Shown here piece after piece: positions 37,271-46,742 of a stretch of DNA of 64,000 nucleotides; within the stretch, counting starts at the first letter, position 1; each line of letters begins with the position of its first letter. The DNA lies in contig DASSSJ010000118.1 of NCBI GenBank assembly GCA_035708485.1, positions 155,771-219,770 of the forward strand, written 5' to 3'. Source of the stretch: Anaeromyxobacter sp. (GTDB lineage: Bacteria > Myxococcota > Myxococcia > Myxococcales > Anaeromyxobacteraceae). The position numbers and the translations under genes are program-made. The notes beneath the pieces are model-generated. The model ran no database searches, had not been told where the DNA came from, and was given only the letters and a program-made list of their open reading frames with translations.

Positions 37271-38391
37271 GGCTGGTCCTCGGGCCGGTCCTTCTCGGCG
37301 CCGGCCGCCATCTTCTTGGAGGCGACGAAGCCCGCGCCGGCGATGGCGCCCAGGACCGCGCCACCCACGCCCACCGCGATCGCGCTCCGCCCGACGACGC
37401 CGTGCTCGGGGTGGATCGCCGGGTACGCCATCGGCGCGGTCGGCGCGTCGATGGGCAGGTTCTGGTGGATGGGGACCTCGAAGACGACGCCCTGCTCCGT
37501 GCAGCCGACGCAGGGGTGGCCGATGCCGATGGGCCACGCGCCCGGGACCTCGCAGAAGGAGAGGAGCGAGCAGTTGGCGTGCGTCTGCGGCCCCTTGCAG
37601 CCGAGCTTGTAGAGGCACCAGCCGTTCCGGTGGCCGTCGTCGCCGTAGACCTGCGCGAAGCGCCCGGCGTCGAAGTGGGGCCGGCGCGGGCAGTCCTCGT
37701 GGATCACCCGCCCGTAGGCGAAGGTCGGCCGCCCCTTCTCGTCGAGCTTCGGCAGCGTCCCGAAGGTCGCGAACTGGAGCACCGTCCCGAGGAGGTTGTA
37801 GGGGTTCGCCGGGCAGCCGGGGAGGGTGACGACCGGCTTCCCCTTCAGGATCTGCGGCACGCCGGTGGCGCCCGTCGGGTTCGGCGCCGCGGACGGCAGC
37901 CCGCCCCAGGAGGCGCAGGAGCCGATCGCGACGACGGCGGCGGCCTTCTCCGCGACCTCCCGGAGCGTGTCGATCGCCCTCTTCCCGCCGACCTGGCAGT
38001 AGATGCCGCCGTCCTTCTCGGGGATCGCGCCCTCGACGACGAGCACGTAGCCGCCGCGCTTCACCGCCTCCTCGAGCGCGGCCTCGATCTGGTGGCCCGC
38101 CGCCGCGAAGAGCGTCTCGTGGTAGTCGATCGAGACGAGGTCGAGGATGAGGTCGCCGACGTCCGGGTGACTCGTGCGGAGCAGCGACTCCGTGCAGCCG
38201 GTGCACTCCTGGAAGTGGAGCCAGACGACGGAGGGCTTCCGACCCTTCGCCACCTGCTCCGCCATCTTCTCGCCGGCCCACGCGGGCAGGCCCACCGCGG
38301 CCGCGGCGGCGGAGCAGACCTTGATGAAGTCGCGGCGGGAGAAGGCGCCGATCCCGTTCCGCGCGATCGCTTCGGAGCGCATGTCGTTCAT
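37267..38391 (-). CDS. hybO: [NiFe]-hydrogenase small subunit (Tat)
   Basis: SRRDFIK; ECTGC, GSCASWGG, PGCP, HEDCPRR, CLYKLGCKGP, HPCVGC; C-terminal anchor. Confidence 0.95.
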   Translation of the reverse strand: MNDMRSEAIARNGIGAFSRRDFIKVCSAAAAAVGLPAWAGEKMAEQVAKGRKPSVVWLHFQECTGCTESLLRTSHPDVGDLILDLVSIDYHETLFAAAGHQIEAALEEAVKRGGYVLVVEGAIPEKDGGIYCQVGGKRAIDTLREVAEKAAAVVAIGSCASWGGLPSAAPNPTGATGVPQILKGKPVVTLPGCPANPYNLLGTVLQFATFGTLPKLDEKGRPTFAYGRVIHEDCPRRPHFDAGRFAQVYGDDGHRNGWCLYKLGCKGPQTHANCSLLSFCEVPGAWPIGIGHPCVGCTEQGVVFEVPIHQNLPIDAPTAPMAYPAIHPEHGVVGRSAIAVGVGGAVLGAIAGAGFVASKKMAAGAEKDRPEDQP

Positions 38392-38459
38392 TCCGTCCTC
38401 CGGGTGGCGCGGAGACTAGCCCCTTCGGCTTTGATTGCAACCGCCTAAATTCCGGAGGA

Positions 38460-38468
38460 ATTTTACCA
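38460..38468 (-). promoter_or_regulatory. Extended -10 element for the hyb operon
   Basis: Minus strand TGGTAAAAT in an AT-rich segment about 70 nt upstream of hybO. Confidence 0.45.
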
Positions 38469-38553
38469 ATTGACGGTGCGCATCGTTTGCGCCGCGCACG
38501 GGACGTTGGGCTGTGGTCGGCCGGCGCAGCGCACCGTTCGCAGGAGGCGTTCC

Positions 38554-38567
38554 TTGATTCCCATCAT
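38554..38567. promoter_or_regulatory. FNR/CRP-family binding box
   Basis: TTGAT-TCCC-ATCAT, 9 of 10 matches to TTGAT-N4-ATCAA, upstream of an anaerobic hydrogenase operon. Confidence 0.6.
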
Positions 38568-38853
38568 GGAATGGCCACTTTGGAACCGGAAACCTATTAG
38601 TCGTGACGGGATTATGGACTCCGCCCGACAACCTTGACCGTTGCAGTCCATGTCCAATTTTGCGCGTGCGATCTTTCGACGCGGCGGCCGCCCCGGAGGC
38701 GATTGGCGTGAAAAGATCACAAATCTGGACTCGGTCTCGTTCCCCTCGCGGAGCGCCGCAAACGCGTGCGGCGAGGGAGCGCCGACACGGGTGGTGAACG
38801 CAGGCGCACGCGGGCGCCGCTTCACGGACCGTGTGTGCTGCGGCCGCCGCCCG

Positions 38854-39936
38854 TCACGGCGGGGGCGCCGGCGCGTCCGCCCCGGGGAGCACGGCGGCCT
38901 CGCCGCACCCCTCGAACCAGCGCTCCACCACCTCGACCGGCAGCGCGAGCTCGAGCGAGAACCCGGGGCCGCCCCGGGCGACGCGCGCGTGCTCGAGCAG
39001 CTCCGCGAGCGTCCCGTCGCCGCGGGCCGCGGCCTGGAGCCGCCCGACCGCGAGCGCCGCGCCGAACGCCTTCCCGAGGTCGTCGAGGCCGTCCGCGTCC
39101 TCGCCCGTGACCCGCGCCACCACCGCGACGTCCCGCATCGCGTCGGCGTGGATCTCGATCCGCGAGGCGACCGCGGCGAGCCTGCGCCCGAGCTCGGCCT
39201 GGTCGCCGCGGAACAGCCCCTGGAGCGCGCTGCCGGGGACGACGCCGTACGCCTCGCCGTAGGTGAGGTGCTCCGGGAGCACCGGGCGCACCTCGGGATC
39301 CGGGTGCGCCAGCCGATCGAGGGTCTCCTCGACGAAGCCGGTCTCGCCGACGACGACGAGGTCGCGGCGCCAGGTCCCGAGGGCGATGCCCCCCTCCTCC
39401 GGCGCGCGCGGCGCGTACACGCGGCCGTCCGCCCCGCGCCGGGCGACGCGCGCCTCGGCCTCGACGCGCTCGAGCCGCGCCCGCTGGAAGAAGCCGGAGA
39501 CGACCACGCCGCGGTGCGAGAACGCCACGCGGTCGACGTCCTTCAGCGGGTCGATGCCCGCCTCCCGGCGCACCTCGTCGATCGGGTTCCGCTCGCCGCG
39601 GCCGCGGGCGAGGCACTCGACGAAGAGCTCGCCGATGCGCGAGTGGCGGAGCGCGTTCGCCTCGAGGACGAGGAGCGGCTCCGCGGGGTCGCGCGTCAGC
39701 GCGGCGAGGAACGGATCCACGGCCGCCGGCGCCTCGCCACCGGCCTCCGCCGCGCCGGGGACGGCGAGCGTGCGGCGCTCGGAGAGGCGTGCCAGCTCGG
39801 GCTCCCGCAGCCGGCGCGGGAACTCCGGCTCGGGCGCGCGGGGCGCGCGCGGACCGCCCTCGGCGAGCCAGGCGAGCAGCACGCCGAGCCCGAGGAAGAG
39901 CGCCGCGACGACGAGGGGCGTGCGGAGGCCGCGCAC
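38854..39936 (-). CDS. Membrane-anchored hypothetical protein
   Basis: N-terminal TM; GC3 bias; abuts the ABC permease. Confidence 0.75.
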   Translation of the reverse strand: MRGLRTPLVVAALFLGLGVLLAWLAEGGPRAPRAPEPEFPRRLREPELARLSERRTLAVPGAAEAGGEAPAAVDPFLAALTRDPAEPLLVLEANALRHSRIGELFVECLARGRGERNPIDEVRREAGIDPLKDVDRVAFSHRGVVVSGFFQRARLERVEAEARVARRGADGRVYAPRAPEEGGIALGTWRRDLVVVGETGFVEETLDRLAHPDPEVRPVLPEHLTYGEAYGVVPGSALQGLFRGDQAELGRRLAAVASRIEIHADAMRDVAVVARVTGEDADGLDDLGKAFGAALAVGRLQAAARGDGTLAELLEHARVARGGPGFSLELALPVEVVERWFEGCGEAAVLPGADAPAPPP

Positions 39937-40770
39937 CTAGAAGTCCTTTCGCTCGAGCCGGTCCACGCCGAGGGCGAGCAGCGCGACGGCGAACGCGAGC
40001 GTGCCCGCCGCGAGCGCCGCCGCGTGGCCCGCCGCCAGCGGCCGGCCCTCGGCGACGGCGGGGGCGAGGTTCCCGAGCGCGGAGAGGCGCGGGAGGACCG
40101 CCGTCACCGCGAGGAACGCGGCGCGGCCCGCGCCGGGCTCGAACAGCTCCACGAGGACGCCGCGGGCGCCCGCGACGATCCCCCCGAGGAGGAGCGCGAG
40201 CCCGGCCCCGGCGGACAGGGCGGCGCTGCGCGCGAGCACGGCGGTCGCGAGCATCGCCGCGTACACCGGCGCGAACGCGACGCACGCCACCGCCGCGGCG
40301 GCGACGGGCCCCGGGTTCACGACGCCGGTCTTGAGCCACAGCACGGCCGTGACGGCCGCGCCGCCGTACGCCGCGCCGCCCAGCACGAGCAGCTCCACGC
40401 CGACGAAGGTGCCGGCGAGCAGCTGCCAGCGCCGCACCGGCAGCGCGAGCAGCGCCTCGATCCGGCCGGGGGAGAGCAGCGTGGGCGCGAAGTCGGCGGT
40501 GGCGACGACGCCGAAGGCGAGCCCGCCGTAGAAGACCACGTACGCCGTCGCCGCGAAGAGCGGCCGGAGCGCGACGTCCACCGCGCGCACGTCGGTGCCG
40601 AGGTCGCCCCCGAAGAGCCGCGTCGCCGCGAGCGCGCCGTCGACGACCTCGAAGCGGAGCCCCAGCGCCAGCGCGACGACGAGGAGCGTCGCGGCCGCGA
40701 GGAGCGCCAGGACCCACCGGCGCGAGCGCGCCTCGCGGAGCAGGTCGAGCGCGACGGCGAGCACGATCAC
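39937..40770 (-). CDS. ABC-2 type transporter permease
   Basis: Multiple TMs; LLSPGRIEALLALPVRRWQLLAGTF; coupled to the ATPase. Confidence 0.8.
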   Translation of the reverse strand: MIVLAVALDLLREARSRRWVLALLAAATLLVVALALGLRFEVVDGALAATRLFGGDLGTDVRAVDVALRPLFAATAYVVFYGGLAFGVVATADFAPTLLSPGRIEALLALPVRRWQLLAGTFVGVELLVLGGAAYGGAAVTAVLWLKTGVVNPGPVAAAAVACVAFAPVYAAMLATAVLARSAALSAGAGLALLLGGIVAGARGVLVELFEPGAGRAAFLAVTAVLPRLSALGNLAPAVAEGRPLAAGHAAALAAGTLAFAVALLALGVDRLERKDF

Positions 40771-41675
40771 GCGGACGCCTCCACCGCGTCGGCGAGCACC
40801 TGCTCGAGGTCCTTCGCGTCGCGCGACAGCTCGACGACGAGCGCCCCCGCCGCGCGGGCGCGGTCGAGCGCCGCGTTGAGCGCGCCGGGCTCGCCCTCGA
40901 ACGCGAACCGGCCGGGCGCGTCGCCGGGCAGGAAGCCCGCAGCGCCGAGCGCGGCCTCCGGCGCCCCGGGCTCGAACCGGACGCGCCAGCGGCTCGTCCC
41001 CTCCCGCAGCTCGCCGAGCCGTCCCTCGCGCACGACGCGGCCGTCCACCAGGATCCCGACCCGCGTGCAGACGCGCTCGGTCTCCGCGAGGAGGTGCGAG
41101 TTCAGGAACACCGTCGCGCCGCGCGCCACCTCGCGCGCGAGCAGGCCGCGCACCTCCACCCGCGCGAGGGGGTCGAGGCCGTCGGTCGGCTCGTCCAGCA
41201 CGAGGAGGTCCGGCGCGCCGAGGAGCGCGCACGCGAGCCCCAGCCGCTGGCGCATGCCCTTCGAGTAGGCGCCCACGCGGCGGCCGGCGGCGCCGGCGAG
41301 CCCCACCTCCTCGAGGCGGCGGGGGATCTCGGGGCCGGCGCGCCCGAGCCCCTTGAGGCGCGCGACGCTCCGCAGCACGTCGTGCGCCGAGAGCGCGGGC
41401 GGGAACTGGAGCCGCTCGGGGAGGTAGCCGACGCGCGCCCGGACGCGCGGATCCGCCGGGTCGCCGCCGAGGAGCCGCGCGGTCCCGCCGGACGGGCGAA
41501 CGACGCCGAGGATCGACTTCACGAACGTCGTCTTGCCCGCGCCGTTCGGGCCGATGAGGCCGAACGCGGTGCCCGCCTCGACGGCGAGGTCCACGCCGCG
41601 GAGCGCCTCGTGCGGCGCGCGCCCGAGCCCGCCCGGGTACGTCTTCGCGAGGCCGCGCGCGTCGATCGCGAGCAT
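40767..41675 (-). CDS. ABC transporter ATP-binding protein
   Basis: GPNGAGKTT, YSKGMRQR, LDEPT, SH. Confidence 0.95.
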   Translation of the reverse strand: MLAIDARGLAKTYPGGLGRAPHEALRGVDLAVEAGTAFGLIGPNGAGKTTFVKSILGVVRPSGGTARLLGGDPADPRVRARVGYLPERLQFPPALSAHDVLRSVARLKGLGRAGPEIPRRLEEVGLAGAAGRRVGAYSKGMRQRLGLACALLGAPDLLVLDEPTDGLDPLARVEVRGLLAREVARGATVFLNSHLLAETERVCTRVGILVDGRVVREGRLGELREGTSRWRVRFEPGAPEAALGAAGFLPGDAPGRFAFEGEPGALNAALDRARAAGALVVELSRDAKDLEQVLADAVEASA

Positions 41676-41712
41676 CGACGCATCGTACACCGCGCGCGCG
41701 CGGCGGGTCGGA

Positions 41713-42789
41713 TCAGGCGCCCGCGAGGCGCGCGACCGCCTCCTCCGTCTCGCGCACGAGCTCGCGCACGAGGTCGCCCGCCGGCCGCGCGCGGGCGAGC
41801 GCGACGCCCTGCCCGGCCCACAGCGACAGCAGGTCGGCCTTCCCCGCCTTCGCGGCCTCGCGCCGGAGGTCCGCCGTCATCGAGTTCTGGAGCGGGTAGG
41901 GGAGCGCCGGCGCCGAGGCGAGCGCCTCGGTGAAGCGGTTGCGCAGGCCGCGCGCCCACCGGCCGGAGAAGGCGCGCGTGAGCGTCGTCTCGTCGGCGTC
42001 GCGGCGGGCGAGGATCGCCTCCTTGTACGGGCGGCTCGCGCCCGACTCGGGGCAGGCGAGGAACGCGGTGCCGAGCGCGACGGCGGACGCGCCGAGCGCG
42101 AGCGCGGCCGCGATGCCGCGCCCGTCCATGACGCCGCCCGCGGCGACGACGGGGATGCGCACGGCGTCCACGATCTGCGGGACGAGCGAGAGGGTCCCGG
42201 CGAGCCCGCCCTCCACCGCTCCCAGGAACGTACCGCGGTGGCCGCCCGCCTCGCCGCTCTGCGCGACGACCGCGTGGACGCCGCTCGCCTCGAGCGCGCG
42301 CGCCTCCCGGACGCTCGTGGCGGTGCCCATGACCACCGCGCCGCCGCGGGCGAGCGCGGCGACGTCCTCCGGCGCGAGGGCGCCGAAGGTGGTGCTGAAC
42401 ACCGGCACGCGCTCCTCGAGCACGACGCGGAGCTGCTCCCGGAACGGCTGCCCGGCCGAGGGCGCCGCGGCGGGCGGGAGGCCGACCTCGGCCCGGAACG
42501 GCGCGAGCGCCGCCTGCGCGCGCGCCACCTCGTCCGGCGTGGGCGCCGGGGCCTCCGCCTCCGGCGCGAAGAGGTTCATGCAGAACGGGCGCGAGGTGAG
42601 GGCGCGGGTGGCGCGGATCGCGTCGCGCAGGGCCTCCGCCGAGACGTACCCCGCCCCCATCGAGCCGAGCCCGCCCGCGTTCGAGACGGCCGCGGTGAGC
42701 TCGGGCGTCGAGGGACCGCCGGCCATCGGCGCCTGGAACACCGGGTACTCGATCCCGATCCGGTCGGCGAGGATCCGCGGCCACCGCAT
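41713..42789 (-). CDS. Nitronate monooxygenase family flavoprotein
   Basis: QAPMAGG, EAGGHRG, AAGGVMDG, GTAFL, LWAGQ. Confidence 0.92.
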   Translation of the reverse strand: MRWPRILADRIGIEYPVFQAPMAGGPSTPELTAAVSNAGGLGSMGAGYVSAEALRDAIRATRALTSRPFCMNLFAPEAEAPAPTPDEVARAQAALAPFRAEVGLPPAAAPSAGQPFREQLRVVLEERVPVFSTTFGALAPEDVAALARGGAVVMGTATSVREARALEASGVHAVVAQSGEAGGHRGTFLGAVEGGLAGTLSLVPQIVDAVRIPVVAAGGVMDGRGIAAALALGASAVALGTAFLACPESGASRPYKEAILARRDADETTLTRAFSGRWARGLRNRFTEALASAPALPYPLQNSMTADLRREAAKAGKADLLSLWAGQGVALARARPAGDLVRELVRETEEAVARLAGA

Positions 42790-42985
42790 GTCGCACCTCC
42801 GCGCCGCGCCGGGCGCAGGCGGCCGGCGCGCTCGGGGCATGTAGCCCACGCCGCCTCGCTCCGCCGCGCTCGGGTGGCGCGACGGCGAGTGAGGGGGTGT
42901 GCGTCCCGCGGTCCCGCCCCGGCGAGGGATCCCACCCCGGGGCGCCTTGCTGTACTCTCGCACGCACCGTGGACCCGGGGGGGTC

Positions 42986-44140
42986 ATGCGCAGCGATGCC
43001 GATGGTGGAAGCGCCTCGCGAACGGTCTACCTGCCGGCGGACCGCACGAGCGCGCTGAAGCTCGCGACGGAGATCTCGGTCGCGTCGAGGAGCGCGGTGG
43101 TCGAGGCGCTCCTCCTCGGGACGGGGACCGCCCTCGCGGTGGTGGACCGGAACCGCCAGATCGTGGCGCTCAACGCCGCGTACGTCTCGCTCCTCGGCGT
43201 GGACGATCCGAGCGAGGCGCTCGGGCTCCGGCCCGGCGAGGCCGTCCGCTGCGTCCACGCGCGCGCGACGCCGGGCGGCTGCGGCACGACGCCGGCGTGC
43301 CCGAGCTGCGGCGCCGCGATCGCGATGCTCGTCGCCGGGCGCCGCGGCGAGCCGGCCGAGCGCGACTGCTGCCTGCGCGTGCAGCGCGACGGCGTCACCG
43401 CGGACCACGTGTTCCGCGCGCGCGCGACGCCGCTCGAGATCGGCGCCGCGCGGTTCCTCCTCCTCACGCTCGCCGACGTCTCGGCGGACCGCCGCCGCGC
43501 CGCGCTCCAGCGCGCCTTCCTGCACGATCTCGCGAACCTCGCGACCGGGCTCGACTCGGCGGCGGGGGCGCTCGGCGACGACGCCGGGCTGGACGCCACG
43601 ATCGCCTCCGACATCCGGCTCATGGCGCGGCGGCTCGTCGGCGAGGTGAGGCTGCAGCGCGCGCTCGCCGCGGAGGCGAACGGCGTCGAGATCGTGCCCG
43701 AGACGGTCGCGGCGGGCGCCGCCCTGTCGGCGCTCCGCGACATCCTCGCGCACCACCCCGCCGCGCGCGGGCGGAGGCTCGTCGTCGCGGCACCCGGGCC
43801 CGGCCCCACGGTGCGCACCGACGGCGTCGTCCTGCAGCACGTCGTCGGGAACATGATCGTGAACGCGCTCGAGGCCACGCCGGAGGGCGGCGCCGTCCGG
43901 CTCTCGGTCGCGGACGGGGTGGGCTTCGTCGCCTTCCGGGTCTGGAACCCGGGCGCGATCCCGGCCGCGGTGCGGCCGCGCGTGTTCCAGCGGTACTTCA
44001 CGACGAAGCCGGGCGCGGGACGCGGGCAGGGGACCTTCGCGATGAGGCTCTTCGGCGAGGAGTACCTCGGCGGGAGGGTGTCCTTCGAGACGTCCGCCCG
44101 CGACGGCACGACGTTCGAGCTGCGCCTCCCGGCGCGCTAA
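42986..44140 (+). CDS. Sensor histidine kinase with Cys-rich PAS-like input domain
   Basis: RPGEAVRCVH..GGCGTTPACPSC; FLHDLAN H-box; NALEA, YFTTK, GRGQG. Confidence 0.88.
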   Translation: MRSDADGGSASRTVYLPADRTSALKLATEISVASRSAVVEALLLGTGTALAVVDRNRQIVALNAAYVSLLGVDDPSEALGLRPGEAVRCVHARATPGGCGTTPACPSCGAAIAMLVAGRRGEPAERDCCLRVQRDGVTADHVFRARATPLEIGAARFLLLTLADVSADRRRAALQRAFLHDLANLATGLDSAAGALGDDAGLDATIASDIRLMARRLVGEVRLQRALAAEANGVEIVPETVAAGAALSALRDILAHHPAARGRRLVVAAPGPGPTVRTDGVVLQHVVGNMIVNALEATPEGGAVRLSVADGVGFVAFRVWNPGAIPAAVRPRVFQRYFTTKPGAGRGQGTFAMRLFGEEYLGGRVSFETSARDGTTFELRLPAR

Positions 44141-44874
44141 TCCCCGGCGGGCGCGAGGTGGAACTCCCGCACGGGCGGGAGCGCGGCGAGCGACCGCGCG
44201 AGGCGGCCGAAGTTCCGCTCGTGGGTGGTCCGGATCGTCATCCGGTACTCGAACTGCCGGCCGTCCTCGGTGAGCCGGTACGCGAGCCCCGAGACCGAGA
44301 AGCCGTGTCGCTCCAGCAGCGCGCGCAGCGTCTCCTCCGGCATGACGTCGTCCCGGTCGAAGCGGACGCGGTGGTGCGCGAACCGGTGGGACGGCAGCCG
44401 GTTCTCGATCCACCGGAACGCGGCGAGCACGCCCAGCGAGGCGACGGTGCCCGCGACGGCCGGGTAGTAGAGCCCGCTGCCCATGAGGACGCCGATGGCG
44501 GAGGTGATCCAGATGGAGGCCGCCGTGGTGAGGCCGCGGACGGAGATCCCCTCCTTGAAGATCACGCCGGCGCCGAGGAAGCCGATGCCGGTCATGATCC
44601 CCTGCGCCATGCGGGTCGGATCGATCCGGACGCTGTCCGCGACCCCCGTGAACCACTCCCGCTGGTAGACGGTGAGCAGCATCAGCAGCGACGACGCGAG
44701 GCAGACGAGGGTGTGCGTCCGGAACCCCGCGGGGCGGCCGTGGAAGCTGCGCTCCATGCCGATCGCGGCGCCGGCGACGAGGGCGCCGACGAGGTGGAGC
44801 AGCACGTCGGGGCGCGCGGCGGCGACCATGGGACCGACCGGGATTTCCGCGAGCAGCTCCAGGAACGCGCGCAT
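44137..44874 (-). CDS. MgtC/SapB family membrane protein
   Basis: IGMER, PAGFRTH, DPTRMAQGIMTGIGFLGAG, GLTTAA. Confidence 0.93.
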   Translation of the reverse strand: MRAFLELLAEIPVGPMVAAARPDVLLHLVGALVAGAAIGMERSFHGRPAGFRTHTLVCLASSLLMLLTVYQREWFTGVADSVRIDPTRMAQGIMTGIGFLGAGVIFKEGISVRGLTTAASIWITSAIGVLMGSGLYYPAVAGTVASLGVLAAFRWIENRLPSHRFAHHRVRFDRDDVMPEETLRALLERHGFSVSGLAYRLTEDGRQFEYRMTIRTTHERNFGRLARSLAALPPVREFHLAPAGD

Positions 44875-45078
44875 CGGAGGGCGGCGGGCGAGGTGGCGCC
44901 CGCACGCGCTCCTCAATCTGGCGCTCGCTCGCCCGGGCGGAACCGGGCGAAGCGGGGGGCTGCCGCGCGACGCGGAGGAAGCCGGGCCCCACCGCCCCTT
45001 CGGTGAGCGACGACCGAGATGGCGTTGCCGGCGATTCGCCCTCCGCCGGAAGGCCTCGGATCCCGGCCCGTTCCGACC

Positions 45079-45094
45079 TGGCCCGGCCCTTGCT
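45079..45094 (+). promoter_or_regulatory. sigma54 -24/-12 promoter
   Basis: TGGCCCGGCCCTTGCT (GG-N10-GC), 40 nt before the YwiC-like start. Confidence 0.6.
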
Positions 45095-45133
45095 GTCGGA
45101 AGGACCGGAAGGAGAGCGCCCCTGGAGGATCAC

Positions 45134-45919
45134 GTGATCACCGCCGCCGCCCGCCGCTCCATGCTCCCGCACGAGCACGGCGCGTGGGGGCAGCTCGCCA
45201 TGCCGCTCCTCACCGCGTTCGCGATCGGCGGCCCCAGCCCCGCCGCGGTCGCCCTCGCGGCGGCGGTCGTGCTCGCGTTCCTCGCCCACGAGCCGGCGAT
45301 CGTGCTGCTCGGGCAGCGCGGGCGCCGCGCGCGGGACGAGGACGGCGACCGCGCCCGCCGCTGGCTCGTCGCGACGGGGGGGCTCGCCGTGCTCGCGGGC
45401 GGCGCCGGCGTCGCGCTCGCGCCGCCCGTCGCGCGGCTCGCGCTGATCGTCCCGGGAGCGCTGGGCGTCGCCGTGCTCGCGCTCCTCCTCGCGCGCCGCG
45501 AGAAGACCGTCGCGGGCGAGACCGCCGTCGCGGCCGCGCTCGCGGCCGCGGGCGCGGCGGTGGCGCTCGCGGGCGGGGCCGACCCGGCCGACGCGCTCGT
45601 GGCCGCCATCGTCTGGACCCTCGGGTTCGCGGCGGCGACGCTCGCGGTGCAGGTGATCCTCGTGCGCGTCCGCTCGAAGGGCGCGCGCGATCCCGGGCGC
45701 CGTCACGCGCTGCTCGCGGCGCTGCTCGCGGCGGCGGCGGTGGGGCTCTCCCTCGCGGGGCTCCCCGCGGCGCTCGCGTGGGCGACGCTCCCGACCGCGG
45801 TCCTCTCGATCGCGGTGTGCCTCGCGCGCTTCTCGCCGAGGCGGCTCCGCGAGCTGGGGTGGGCGCTCGTCGCATCGTCCACGCTCACGCTCGTCATCCT
45901 CGTCGTCGGGCTGCGCTGA
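45134..45919 (+). CDS. YwiC-like membrane protein
   Basis: GGAGG RBS and GTG; LPHEHGAW signature; polytopic. Confidence 0.8.
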   Translation: MITAAARRSMLPHEHGAWGQLAMPLLTAFAIGGPSPAAVALAAAVVLAFLAHEPAIVLLGQRGRRARDEDGDRARRWLVATGGLAVLAGGAGVALAPPVARLALIVPGALGVAVLALLLARREKTVAGETAVAAALAAAGAAVALAGGADPADALVAAIVWTLGFAAATLAVQVILVRVRSKGARDPGRRHALLAALLAAAAVGLSLAGLPAALAWATLPTAVLSIAVCLARFSPRRLRELGWALVASSTLTLVILVVGLR

Positions 45920-45946
45920 GGTCCGGCGGGCGGGTACGATGCGGGC

Positions 45947-46732
45947 GTGATCCCCGCGCGGACCGTCGCCCTCTCGATCGCGCTCGCGGTCGGCGCGACG
46001 CGCGAGGCCCCCGCTCCCGAGCCCTCCGCACCGCCCGGGGGCCAGGGGTGGGGGAGAGGGGGAGCGCGCCCGCGACGTGGGGGCTCCGGCCGAGGCCACG
46101 TGATCCTCGCGGGCGAGCGCGTGCCGGTGCGCTGGACGGACGGGGACAGCTTCCGGATCGGCGGCGGCCGGTTCGCGGGGCGCGCCGCCCGCCTCGTCGG
46201 GGTGAACGCCCTCGAGACGTTCGGGCCGGTGCACCGGATCGGCGGGATGGGTCCCCGCGAGCTCCTCGCGATCGCGCGGGCGACGGCGCCGCTCGCGGCG
46301 GCGCGGGTCTGGCGCTGCGACGCGGACGGCGCGCGCGACGGGTACGGCCGGCTCCTCGTGCGCTGCCCCGACGCGGCCGAGGCGCTCGTCGGCGCGGGGC
46401 ACGCGATGGTGTTCGCGGTCGAGGAGCCGCCGGACGCGCGCCTCCTCCGGACGCAGCGCGCGGCGCAGGCGGCCCGCGCCGGGATGTGGGCGCGCGGCGC
46501 GCCGCCGCTCGTCCCGACGAGCCTCCACTCCGCGGACGAGCAGGACCTGGGACCGCGCGGCGCGTACGACCGCATCGCCGACACCCGGACCGGCGCCGCC
46601 GCCCCGGCGCCGCACGCGCGCACGTACGCCACGTGCGAGGAGCGCTGCCTCGGCGACGGCGAGGACCGGGCGTGCATGGTGTACGTCCCGTTCGCGCGGC
46701 GGTACCGGCACAGGCCCGCGTGCCTCCGGTAG
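45947..46732 (+). CDS. Secreted thermonuclease (SNase-like)
   Basis: DGDSF, RLVGVNALE, DGYGRLL, LVGAGHA, AARAGMW. Confidence 0.8.
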   Translation: MIPARTVALSIALAVGATREAPAPEPSAPPGGQGWGRGGARPRRGGSGRGHVILAGERVPVRWTDGDSFRIGGGRFAGRAARLVGVNALETFGPVHRIGGMGPRELLAIARATAPLAAARVWRCDADGARDGYGRLLVRCPDAAEALVGAGHAMVFAVEEPPDARLLRTQRAAQAARAGMWARGAPPLVPTSLHSADEQDLGPRGAYDRIADTRTGAAAPAPHARTYATCEERCLGDGEDRACMVYVPFARRYRHRPACLR

Positions 46733-46742
46733 GGCGAGCGGC

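Noticed and set aside
38641-38660. sigma54-like TTGGACATGGACTGCA on the minus strand
   Set aside because: GG-to-GC spacing is 9 nt rather than the required 10.
46020-46095. G-rich stretch (GGGGTGGGGGAGAGGGGGAG) in the thermonuclease N-terminus resembling the REP-like element
   Set aside because: Only half of the palindrome is recognisable, too degenerate to call.
18710-46711. Very long Arg/Pro/Ala/Gly-rich ORFs in the track (e.g. 18710-22621 +, 19476-23933 -, 41519-46711 -, 41533-45006 +)
   Set aside because: Shadow frames of real genes in very high-GC DNA; no motifs and the wrong codon-position bias.
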